This document shows, piece by piece, positions 54,833 to 63,164 of a stretch of DNA of 64,000 bases; positions within the stretch are counted from its first letter, which is position 1; each line of letters starts with the position of its first letter. This stretch comes from an uncultured Chloroflexota bacterium (GTDB lineage Bacteria > Chloroflexota > UBA11872 > UBA12225). The notes beneath the pieces were generated by a model. The model ran no database searches and was not told where the DNA came from. It was given only the letters and a program-made list of their open reading frames with translations. Location of the stretch: contig CADCTC010000204.1 in assembly GCA_902805635.1 (NCBI GenBank), forward strand, positions 10,903 through 74,902, written 5' to 3'. A program made the translations under genes and the position numbers.

Positions 54833-55186
54833 ATGGCCAGCACCGAGCGAGCAGTTGAGGCAAGCGCGCCCACGACGGAAGATGTGATCGAGGCGTTGCG
54901 CGCCGCGTACGGGCCGCGCCACGAAGCGGCGTACGAGGAGGGGTTAGACGACTTCGGGCGCGTGATCGAAGACCGGTTCGACGTCGACGGCGGCGAGGGG
55001 CGGCGCATCGCACAGGAGCTCGAGCAGGCCCAGGTGCTGCGCTTCTTCCATGCCAGCGCCGGCCGAAACTCCGAGGGCCCGCGCGTGGGGCTGTTCGACC
55101 AGCCGGGGGAGATGCCGGAGGGCCGGCCAGAGCCCGAGCCGAGCGGCCGGCACTGGCAGGTCGGGCGAGACGACGCGGAGATGTAG
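54833..55186 (+). CDS. Hypothetical acidic protein (117 aa)
   Basis: ATG 54833 is preceded by AGGGAGG. The composition is reasonable. I recognise no motif. Confidence 0.45.
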   Translation: MASTERAVEASAPTTEDVIEALRAAYGPRHEAAYEEGLDDFGRVIEDRFDVDGGEGRRIAQELEQAQVLRFFHASAGRNSEGPRVGLFDQPGEMPEGRPEPEPSGRHWQVGRDDAEM

Positions 55187-55191
55187 CGCGC

Positions 55192-56997
55192 TCAGGCGCC
55201 GGCGGGCTGCAGGCGCGGCGCTACCGCCGCCCGCTGCCGGTTGGGAGCAGTGGCCCCCGGCAGCAGGACGGTAAACGTGGTGCCGTCTTCAGGGGAGCTA
55301 GAGACGGAAATGGCGCCGCCGTGGCGCTCGACCACTTCACGTGCGATCGCCAGGCCAAGCCCGCTCCCTTCCACCTCTCTGGCGCGCGACTTGTCCACGC
55401 GGTAGAAGCGATCGAACACGCGCGGCAGGTCTTCCGCCGGAATGGAAGCGTCACTGTTGTGGACCGTCACTCGAATTGACGGAGCGGCCGTGCCGGCGCC
55501 TGGGGCATACCCAGACACGGTGAGCCCGCCTGACGCGCTGCCCACGCCACCCACGCCCGACTGCGTCCCACGACTCGCACCACCCGCGGGAACCACAGAA
55601 GCGACGACGGAGATCGACCCGCCGGCCGGCGTGTACTTGCCTGCGTTGTCAAGTAGGTTGCCGAATACGCGATCCAACTGGTCCTCATCCCCAATAACCG
55701 GCAGGAGCTCGCCTACGCGAACATTCAGACGCAGGTCTCGTTGCTCGGCCACATGCTGCAGGCGGCGCTGCGCCTCGCGCAGGAGGACCGCCACGTCCAC
55801 CTCTTTCTGCACGGCAGGCATGTCTTGTGACTCTACGCGCGAGAGGTAGAGCAGGTCCTCGACCAGCCGGCGCATGCGATTCGCTTCCTCGTTGATGATC
55901 TCCCCCGCCTGGGTCGCCCCTGCGGCGCCGGTGAGGGTGCCGTCCACCAGTGCCTGGGAGAACCCCTGGATAGAAGTCAACGGCGTGCGCAGCTCGTGCG
56001 ACGCGTTGGCCAGGAACTCACGCAGCGCACGATGCGAGCGCTCCACCTCCTCCGACATGGCATTGAAGGAGGCGGCCAGCTGGGCGACTTCGTCGCGTCC
56101 GCTAACCGGGATGCTCTGGCGGAAGCGCCCGCGCGCGATGTCTTGCGCGGCGCGGGTAATCTGGCGCAGCGGCCGCGTGATCGACCGTGAGAGCCAGAAC
56201 GCCACCGCAAGCGACGCGAGCACCGACGCGCCCAGCGCCAGGCTGAGGCTGGGGATGAGCTCGCGCCAGGCGGCGCGCAGGTCGCGTTCCGGGACCGCCA
56301 GGACCACCCGGTACACCATCTGGCGGGTGATGAACCGGTCCAGTGGGTCGCCGCGCCCGTCGCCCGGACCTCCGCCTTGCCGGCCCCCTCCCGCGGGGGC
56401 GCCGGGAGCACCCGGCTGGCCGGGTTGACCTTGCTGCGCCGGCGCGCCCTGCACCGGGGCTGTGACAAAGATGTAGGGGCGGCCGGGCAGGTCTCCGTCG
56501 TCGGTCCACACCGATGCACGAGTACGCAGCCCCGGGCGCGGGGCACCGCGCGGCGCCGGTTCACCGGCGACCGGCAGGTCTATCCGCCGGCCTTGAAACG
56601 CCACGTCGAATGGCTCGGACGGCGCCGGCTGCTCGGCGTGGATGCGCCCCTGCGCGTCCACCACGAGCACGCGCACGTGGCCAACATTCGCTGGGATGAA
56701 CTGGCCGGCGATGATGGCGCCGATCTCCTCCGGCCGCGCCTCACGCGATTCCAGCTGGCGGCCCACGAAGGCGGCCGCCATGGCGACCTCGCTGAGCCGC
56801 TCCACGGCAAGCCGGTTCTGGTAATCCTGCACCAGCCAGACCGCGGTGGAGCCGGCGGTGGACAAAGTGACCAAGATGACCGCCAAAAACCCGGCCAGCA
56901 GTCGGCCGCGCAGGCTCGCAAAAAAGGAACCCGACGAGCCCGCTGTCCCGGGCAGCGAAGCCTGCGCGACTTGCCGCGCAGGGCTACTGAGCGCCAC
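55192..56997 (-). CDS. Sensor histidine kinase (TM - extracytoplasmic domain - TM - HAMP - HisKA - HATPase_c)
   Basis: The H-box is SHELRTPLTSIQGF, the N box is NLLDNAGKYTP, and the G2 box is GSGLGLAIAREVVERHGG. The GTG start at 56997 is preceded by GAGGAG and overlaps the regulator stop. Confidence 0.88.
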   Translation of the reverse strand: MALSSPARQVAQASLPGTAGSSGSFFASLRGRLLAGFLAVILVTLSTAGSTAVWLVQDYQNRLAVERLSEVAMAAAFVGRQLESREARPEEIGAIIAGQFIPANVGHVRVLVVDAQGRIHAEQPAPSEPFDVAFQGRRIDLPVAGEPAPRGAPRPGLRTRASVWTDDGDLPGRPYIFVTAPVQGAPAQQGQPGQPGAPGAPAGGGRQGGGPGDGRGDPLDRFITRQMVYRVVLAVPERDLRAAWRELIPSLSLALGASVLASLAVAFWLSRSITRPLRQITRAAQDIARGRFRQSIPVSGRDEVAQLAASFNAMSEEVERSHRALREFLANASHELRTPLTSIQGFSQALVDGTLTGAAGATQAGEIINEEANRMRRLVEDLLYLSRVESQDMPAVQKEVDVAVLLREAQRRLQHVAEQRDLRLNVRVGELLPVIGDEDQLDRVFGNLLDNAGKYTPAGGSISVVASVVPAGGASRGTQSGVGGVGSASGGLTVSGYAPGAGTAAPSIRVTVHNSDASIPAEDLPRVFDRFYRVDKSRAREVEGSGLGLAIAREVVERHGGAISVSSSPEDGTTFTVLLPGATAPNRQRAAVAPRLQPAGA

Positions 56998-57787
56998 CGG
57001 CAGTCTCCTCAGCGCTGGCGGCGCCCGTCGGGCTGGCAGGGCTGGTACCGGGCGCGCTTTTCGGCGCGGAAGCCGTGACCGCCTCCGGCGCCACGAGCTT
57101 GTAGCCGACGCCACGCACCGTCTGGACGTGCGCAGTTGCATTGGACAGCTTGTCCCGCAGCCAGGTGACGTGCACGTCCACCGTACGGCTATCTCCCAGG
57201 TACTCGTAGCCCCAGACGCGACTCAGCAGCGCCTCCCGCGTGAGGACGCGCCCCTCTTCCTGCGCCAGGGCCAGCAGGAGGTCGAACTCCTTGGCGCGCA
57301 GCTGCACCTCTTGGCCGTCGATGCGCATCTCGCGCCGGGCCGGGTCGATACGCACGTTTCCGACCTCCACCAGGACATCCTGGTCGCGCGGCGCCTGCGA
57401 GCGGCGCAGCACGGCTTTGACGCGGGCGACCAACTCGCGCGGATTGAAGGGCTTGGTGATGTAATCGTCGGCGCCCAGCTCCAGACCGACGATCTTGTCC
57501 ACGTCGTCGGTACGTGCGGTGAGCATGATGATGGGCAGGTTGGTTTCCTTGCGCAGCCGCCGGCAGACTTCAATACCGTCCAGGCGCGGCATCATGATGT
57601 CCAGGATGACCAGGTCCGGCTTGAAGCGACGCGCCTTGTCGAGCGCCTCCTGCCCATCAAACGCCGTTTCCACGCGGAAGCCTTCGTTGCCGAGGTACAG
57701 CTTGACCAGCTGGACGATGTTCTTCTCGTCGTCGGCGACGAGGATGCTGCTCACCATGCTGACGTTGTCCTGACTGCCCCTCTCCAT
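56984..57787 (-). CDS. OmpR/PhoB-family response regulator
   Basis: The receiver shows ILVADDE and DLVILDIMMPRLDG. A winged-helix domain follows (LLLALAQEEGRVLTREALLSRVWG...RTVDVHVTWLRDKL). The start is 57787 or 57757. Confidence 0.9.
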   Translation of the reverse strand: MERGSQDNVSMVSSILVADDEKNIVQLVKLYLGNEGFRVETAFDGQEALDKARRFKPDLVILDIMMPRLDGIEVCRRLRKETNLPIIMLTARTDDVDKIVGLELGADDYITKPFNPRELVARVKAVLRRSQAPRDQDVLVEVGNVRIDPARREMRIDGQEVQLRAKEFDLLLALAQEEGRVLTREALLSRVWGYEYLGDSRTVDVHVTWLRDKLSNATAHVQTVRGVGYKLVAPEAVTASAPKSAPGTSPASPTGAASAEETAGGAQ

Positions 57788-58079
57788 ACTGCCAGACAGA
57801 ACAGTACGCGGCCTGCACTAAGCGGTAGTACCGCCATTGTTAAATGCCGGCTAAAACAGTCCCCGGCGAGCGATCGCCGCGCATCGGTTCGCATCCGGCG
57901 GTGGTGACGGAACGTATGTTTGGCTGACCGGCGACGGCGTGGGCGCGTGAAGAGCCCCCTCCGCGTACGTGCCGTCGCCGGTCGCTTTTTGCCTCCGGCA
58001 CGGCAAAATGGGGTGGGGAGTCGGTAAGTGAGGTAAGATGGCCGAAGACCATCTTCATCATCGACCAGGAGTGTGAGCA

Positions 58080-58634
58080 GTGGGACTGCTGGATAAGTTG
58101 ACGGCGCCCTTCAAGGGCATAGCGGACTGGCAGAAGCAGCAGGCGGCGGCGGCGGCGGAGCGGAACCGCGCCGAAGAGGAGCAGCACCAGGCGCGGCGCG
58201 ACGCCTACATGAAGGAAATCATGGAGGAATGGGCCGGCGCCGAGCGCGTCGAGCCGAAGCCCTACCGTGAGCTCTCGATTGGAGAGTCCAAGGTAGGCCG
58301 CATTCCGGCAGTGGAGTACTTCCTGAACACCGCTGCGGTGCGCCTGCATCACCTCATGCCGGGCGACATGATGCGCCAGGCAGCGCTGATCGACGCCCTG
58401 GGCATGCAACTGGACGGCCTGGAAGAAGGTGAGATCGGCGACGTGATCGACGTCAAGCCCAAGGACATGGCAGCCATCGAGCACGGCGCGGTCAACCTCG
58501 GTCCCGTCCCAGAGTTCAAGAATGCTGAGGGGACTCGCTGGCGGTTCTTCCTGGAGCTAAGCTACAGCGCCGCCACTGGAAGCGGTCGCGGCGGCATCCA
58601 GACCCGCTACTTCATCGCCGACTGCACGCTCTAG
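58080..58634 (+). CDS. Hypothetical protein (184 aa)
   Basis: It has a GTG start and a clean ORF with plausible composition. I recognise no motif. Confidence 0.45.
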   Translation: MGLLDKLTAPFKGIADWQKQQAAAAAERNRAEEEQHQARRDAYMKEIMEEWAGAERVEPKPYRELSIGESKVGRIPAVEYFLNTAAVRLHHLMPGDMMRQAALIDALGMQLDGLEEGEIGDVIDVKPKDMAAIEHGAVNLGPVPEFKNAEGTRWRFFLELSYSAATGSGRGGIQTRYFIADCTL

Positions 58635-59596
58635 TCGGCGCCGACCGGTACGGCTGCCGGGTCGGGCACGCGCGCCTGCGCCGGCAGCACGATCTCCATT
58701 CCCTCGTATGCGGCGTCCACCGCGAGCGGGGACCCGACGGCGAGCGATCGGGCGCGTTCGAGTACGACATCCACCTTCGCGTCGTCGCTGGTGGGGTCGT
58801 GGTGAAACAAGACGAGGCGGCGGGCGCCTGCGGCGCGGGCGAAGTCCACCACGTACCCGGTGGGGCTATGGCCCCAGCCCACCTTCGAAGGGTATTCCTC
58901 GTCGGTGTATTGCGCGTCGTGGATGAGCACGTCGGCGTCCCGCGCCAGCGTGAGCATCGTCGGGTCGAGGATGATCTGGTCGCCTTCCCGGCGTGGCTCC
59001 GCGTCGGTGAGATACACCACCGTACGGCCGTGTACTTCGACTCGGTAACCAACCGTGACGCTGGAGTGGGAGAGCGGCGCGACCGTCACGCACAGCCCCG
59101 CGACGCTGTGCACGCCGTGCTCCAAGCGCTGGAACTGGACTGTCGCACCGAGCTGCCCCAGACCCACCGGAAAGTAGCGGTGGATCATCTGCCCTTCCAG
59201 CGCGCCCAGCGCATCGCCGTCACCTTCGGCGTTGCCGTAGACGCAGATGCGGTTGCCGGGGATGAACGCCGGTATGAAGAACGGGAAGCCCTGGATGTGG
59301 TCCCAGTGGGTGTGAGTAAGGAGGAGGTGTGCCGTCAACGGGAGGCGCTTCTCGCGCATCAGGCTCATGCCCAGCGCGCGGATGCCGGACCCGGCGTCGA
59401 AGATGAACAGCAGCGGCGGCTCGCCCGGCACTCGCGAAGCTGCTTCGAGCGTGACGCACGACGTGTTGCCGCCGTAGCGCAGCGTGTCGGGGCCGGGGGC
59501 CGGGATAGAGCCGCGCACGCCCCAAAACCGCACGCGCACCGCGTCAGAGGCGTCTACTTCCATCCCGTCTATCTGTGCGGGCGCTGACTCTCCCAT
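58631..59596 (-). CDS. MBL-fold metallo-hydrolase
   Basis: RFWGVRGSIP and the metal motif LLLTHTHWDHIQGFPFF are present. The start is trimmed to ATG 59596. Confidence 0.85.
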   Translation of the reverse strand: MGESAPAQIDGMEVDASDAVRVRFWGVRGSIPAPGPDTLRYGGNTSCVTLEAASRVPGEPPLLFIFDAGSGIRALGMSLMREKRLPLTAHLLLTHTHWDHIQGFPFFIPAFIPGNRICVYGNAEGDGDALGALEGQMIHRYFPVGLGQLGATVQFQRLEHGVHSVAGLCVTVAPLSHSSVTVGYRVEVHGRTVVYLTDAEPRREGDQIILDPTMLTLARDADVLIHDAQYTDEEYPSKVGWGHSPTGYVVDFARAAGARRLVLFHHDPTSDDAKVDVVLERARSLAVGSPLAVDAAYEGMEIVLPAQARVPDPAAVPVGAD

Positions 59597-59693
59597 GGCC
59601 GTAGCCTGCCCCAAGGGTAGCCTGTTTCGGAAGTCTGGACCGCCGGGTTGTGCCACGCGCTGCACGGTCGGGACGTCGAGCCGGAACAGGCTA

Positions 59694-59720
59694 GTGGTTT
59701 GTCACAGGGGTAGTGGGGTA
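59694..59720. repeat. IS630 left terminal inverted repeat
   Basis: gtggtttgtcacaggggtagtggggta, compared with the reverse complement of the right end gtagcctgtcactcgggaagtagtgggta. The shared blocks are gt.g..tgtcac, ggg and gtagtggg. Confidence 0.7.
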
Positions 59721-59746
59721 TTGGTCCCGCGGCGGTAGGGTTTTGG

Positions 59747-60942
59747 GTGAAGACCTATCGGGTCCGGCTGACGGACGAGGAGCGGCGGGCGCTAGAGGCG
59801 CTGGCGACGAAGGGGCGGGTGGCGGCGCGCAAGGCGACGCACGCGCGCATCCTGCTCAAGGCGGACGAAGGGCCGGAGCGGGTGGACGGGGAGCAACAGG
59901 GGGAGGTGGCGGGCACTGCCGGTGGACCCGCATGGACGGATGCGCGGATCGCGGAGGCGCTGGAGGTCGGGGTGAACACGGTGCAGCGCCTGCGCAAGCG
60001 CTGCCTGGAGGAGGGAGCGCTCGCCGCGCTGGCGCGGCGGCCCTCGACGGCGGCGCCGCGGCGGAAGCTGGACGGGCGGGCGGAGGCGCAGCTCATCGCG
60101 CTGTCGTGCGGGGTGGCGCCGGACGGGCGCGAGGGCTGGAGCCTGCGGCTGCTGGCCGAGCAGATGGTGGAGCTGGAGTACGTGGACGCCCTGTCGCACG
60201 AGACGGTGCGGCGGGTGCTGAAAAAAACGAGCTCAAGCCCTGGCTCCGCCAGCAGTGGGTGATCCCGCCGGCGCAGAACGCCGAGTTCGTCGCCAAGATG
60301 GAGGATGTGCTCGACGTCTACGAGCGTCCCTATGACTCGGCGCGGCCGGTGGTCTGCCTGGACGAGACCAGCACGCAGCTGCTGGCCGAGACCCGCGCCC
60401 CGGTGCCAGCGGCGCCCGCGCGGGACGGGAAGCCGGGCCGCCCCACCCGCTTTGACTCCGAGTACGAGCGCCGCGGCGTGGCCAACCTGTTCCTGGTGTG
60501 CGAGCCCCTGCGCGGCTGGCGCCACCTGACGGTGAGTAGCCGCCGCACCAAGGTGGACTGGGCGCACGTCGTGCGCGACCTGCTGGACGTGCACTACCCG
60601 CACGCCGAGAAGGTCGTGCTGGTGCAGGACAACCTCAACACCCACACGCTGGGCGCCCTCTACGCCGCCTTTGCGCCCGCGGAAGCCAGGCGCCTGGCGC
60701 GCAAGCTGGAGCGGCACTACACCCCCGCCCACGGCAGCTGGCTCAACGTTGCCGAAGTCGAGCTGGCCGTCCTCTCCAGGCAGGTGCTCGCCGCGCGCGT
60801 CCCCGACGAGGCCACCCTGCGCGAGCGGGCGACCGCCTGGTTCGCCGCCCGCAACGCGAAGCGCGGCCCCGTCCGCTGGCGCTTCACCACCGCCGACGCC
60901 CGCACCAAGCTCCACCGCCTCTACCCACTACTTCCCGAGTGA
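59747..60942 (+). CDS. IS630-family transposase in two frames (orfA 59747..60262 with the HTH; orfB frame to 60942 with the DDE domain), joined by a -1 shift
   Basis: orfA ends ...RRVLKKTSSS, and the -1 frame reads ...KNELKPWLRQQW. A -1 slip on the A7 run gives the contiguous product ...VLKKNELKPW... Confidence 0.8.
60221..60227 (+). other. A7 run: candidate programmed -1 frameshift site, or a 1-nt indel, in the transposase
   Basis: In ctg aaa aaa acg, re-pairing one base back yields AAC GAG CTC AAG (NELK) in the orfB frame. Confidence 0.55.
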
Positions 60943-60950
60943 CAGGCTAC
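60922..60950. repeat. IS630 right terminal inverted repeat
   Basis: See the left repeat. It overlaps the 3' end of the transposase gene. Confidence 0.7.
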
Positions 60951-61144
60951 TAGAGCACGGCAAACCCATTCCCGCGCCACGCTACCGGCCAGCCATTTAC
61001 TAAGCCGCCGGATAAATCCTCCCGCTGGCCGCTTGCGAGAGCTCCACGATGCGCTTTCACGGTGTGAGCCGAGCGGATCCTCCGTGTGACTCCGCTCACA
61101 CTACCTGACCACCAGCAACGCGTGCTACCGTAACGCCGCCTTCG

Positions 61145-62116
61145 ATGGGCACTCTCACCGGCTACCTCCAGCGCGCCTTCGCCGAGCACTGCCCGCCCGG
61201 CTGGACCGCACACGCTGAGGTCCCGCTGCTCTCGCGCGACCTGGCCGCCCTGCTCGGCTACGCCCCGCAGGCCGACGTGCTCCTGGAGCGCGCCGACGGC
61301 TCCCGCCGCCTATGGATCGAGTTCGAGGTCAGCCGCGCCGACCCAGTAGCCAACCACGCCAAGTTCGCCACCGCCCACCTCTTCCAGCCGCAGCTTGCCG
61401 GCGAGACCTTCCTTTCTATGGTGAGCCCTCACGTCGCGCGTGGCCGGCGCAACCTGGCGGCGAACACCGTGTCGCTGATGCGCCACGTCGGCATGAGCGC
61501 GTTCCAGACCGTGCTCTTCCCTCACCTCCCGGCCGGCGAGATCAAGCGGCTCAACCATCTCGACCCGTCGTCGGCAGGCGTGCGGTTCCCGAGCGTGGCA
61601 CCCGAGATCGAGCGAGCGTTCGCCGTTGCCGAACCGGTCGCCACCGTCTCCGGCCACCGCGTCCACCTCGTCGGCGACATCCTGGACTCCCTGCTCAATG
61701 TCCGCCGCTGGAATGAAGAAGTCGCCACTCCGGAGGGCTGTGCTATGTGGGGCAAGCGCACCGTCACGTACTTCGTGTTCGATCCACACTCACGTCTCTT
61801 CGCTCCCGCCAAGTTCTGCGCGTACCTGCCGCTGCCGGCCGACTGGTCGATCACTGCGCCATCACCGTCAGCCGCGTACGCGCGGGCAACGATGAGCATG
61901 GACCTCTATGCCTCCCTAGACCGGACCGACACCCGCTTCGACGGTCACCGGGCACAAGGTCATCTGACCCAAGGTCTTGGTATGGGTGTCGTGCCGGTCA
62001 ATCAAGACTCAGCCACTGCAGCGGATTTCAACTCGTGGCTGGGTAGTTACCAGAAGTCAATTCAGCCGCACCACTCTGGCCCGGTGGTGCTCACCGTCCC
62101 ATCCTGGTTTGGCTGA
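61145..62116 (+). CDS. Hypothetical protein (323 aa), possibly PD-(D/E)xK nuclease-like
   Basis: It is a clean ORF. The only motif-like element is ADVLLERADGSRRLWIEFEVSR (a D...ExE pattern), so the call is weak. Confidence 0.4.
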   Translation: MGTLTGYLQRAFAEHCPPGWTAHAEVPLLSRDLAALLGYAPQADVLLERADGSRRLWIEFEVSRADPVANHAKFATAHLFQPQLAGETFLSMVSPHVARGRRNLAANTVSLMRHVGMSAFQTVLFPHLPAGEIKRLNHLDPSSAGVRFPSVAPEIERAFAVAEPVATVSGHRVHLVGDILDSLLNVRRWNEEVATPEGCAMWGKRTVTYFVFDPHSRLFAPAKFCAYLPLPADWSITAPSPSAAYARATMSMDLYASLDRTDTRFDGHRAQGHLTQGLGMGVVPVNQDSATAADFNSWLGSYQKSIQPHHSGPVVLTVPSWFG

Positions 62117-62206
62117 TGGACGCGGGCGTTCCGCTCCGGCCCACCAATCGGTATCTCGGGCCCAGCGCTACGGAACGCTGCACCGGGCTACGATCTCTAG
62201 GGCCCG

Positions 62207-62476
62207 CTACACGCCGGCGGCGCCCTGCCCTTCTACTGACTCGTGTTCCTCTTCTTTGCCGGACCGCTTCCTGATCCGTGTCTGGGCCTTACGCACCGAA
62301 CTTGCGCTAGTATCAAGAACTTGGGCTAGTTCGACAGCAGACGCTCCAGTGGTTGAGAGAACTCGCACCATATCTTGTTGGGTGAGTACGTCGTCAGGAC
62401 GCTTGCGCAATTGAGTTGCCATCAACCGGTTCAAGATCTTCAACTGCGTGACAATAGCGTCAGCACTATTTTCCAT
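62207..62476 (-). CDS. Small HTH-like protein (89 aa) in the lower-GC islet
   Basis: MENSADAIV...LTQQDMVRVLSTTGASAVELAQVLDTSASSVRKAQTRIRK looks like a helix-turn-helix. The start is trimmed to ATG 62476. Confidence 0.45.
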   Translation of the reverse strand: MENSADAIVTQLKILNRLMATQLRKRPDDVLTQQDMVRVLSTTGASAVELAQVLDTSASSVRKAQTRIRKRSGKEEEHESVEGQGAAGV

Positions 62477-62516
62477 CGCCGTTTCGCGACTCCCGTTCCT
62501 CGCCACGACCCTCTCC

Positions 62517-62687
62517 TTACTGCTTGCCGCTTTCGGTGCTGATAGTAGACTTGGCCTTAGTCGTCGGCGTGCGCCTAGGCCCGGCAGGCGCACTAAAGGC
62601 ACGAATGAAATCTCTATTCAACTCCTCCACTTGGGCCATTAGATCAGGTGGAAACATGTCAAGAGCGATACCGGCATCCCTCAGCAT
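62517..62687 (-). CDS. Small ORF (56 aa) not in the supplied track, unknown function
   Basis: Hand translation gives MLRDAGIALDMFPPDLMAQVEELNRDFIRAFSAPAGPRRTPTTKAKSTISTESGKQ*. Its ATG overlaps the stop of the upstream frame (ATGCTGA). Confidence 0.3.
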   Translation of the reverse strand: MLRDAGIALDMFPPDLMAQVEELNRDFIRAFSAPAGPRRTPTTKAKSTISTESGKQ

Positions 62688-63033
62688 CTGAAAACCCTTC
62701 CCATGAATATCGAGTGTGTCGACCTACTTGCTCGGTTCGCCTGCGCCAGCCCCTTCTCGTGGTGCGCGTCCGACTTCACCTCAAACCCGGCCAGCCGTTC
62801 GGCCCCGTCTGACTCGTAGACGCACACCAGGTTTGGCCGCCACTTGCCCCAGTTGGCTCCCATCTGCGCATGAACGCCGACCGCAGGTAGCTCCCGTCCG
62901 CGTCCACAAGAATGTCGCGGACCCCCTTGCCCTCCAACCCGTCTGACGACAGCGCGCGCTTGAGCCACCACACCACCTCCGCCTCGCTCGGCCGCCCGCT
63001 GCTCTGCTCGTCATCCTGCGTCGCCAGTGTCAC
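62681..63033 (-). pseudogene. Possible frameshifted nuclease-like gene (two overlapping ORFs, 62776..63033 and 62681..62971)
   Basis: Both frames have good codon usage on their own side of about 62880. The joined reading would be ...EVVWWLKRALSSDGLEGKGVRDILVDADGSY / ANWGKWRPNLVCVYESDGAERLAGFEVKSDAHHEKG, which shows a D...E.K pattern. Confidence 0.35.
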
Positions 63034-63164
63034 ACAGCTGCTTGCATACTTCCCCTATGCCTGCCAACCACCTGGACCGGTCGCGCCAGGCGCTAGGCCG
63101 CATGAGCCACCGGGGTGTGCCGCTGCGCCCGGCACCCAGGCCAGGCCAACCGAGGTAATGAGAC

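Larger units (their letters stand above)
59692..60952 (+). mobile_element. IS630-family insertion sequence (about 1257 bp) flanked by a TA target duplication
   Basis: TA occurs at 59692-59693 and at 60951-60952 (both within cTAg). Imperfect terminal inverted repeats are present. The transposase carries the IS630-type LKKNELKPW motif and a DDE region (CLDETS, VQDNLNTH, SWLNVAEVE). Confidence 0.85.

Noticed and set aside
54617-54922. The upstream 102 aa of the 153-aa ORF containing the Flp pilin
   Set aside because: This part is Arg/Ala/Cys-rich and overlaps the likely promoter/5' region of the divergent gene at 54833. Flp prepilins are about 50-70 aa, and ATG 54616 gives a canonical leader.
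59755-60915. A 386-aa minus-strand ORF across the IS element
   Set aside because: It is antisense to the transposase and has a Gly/Ala/Arg-rich shadow composition.
61062-61101. A hairpin GTGTGAGC...GCTCACAC upstream of 61145..62116
   Set aside because: It is an 8-bp stem with a 24-nt loop in a 190-nt intergenic region. That is too weak to call a regulatory structure.
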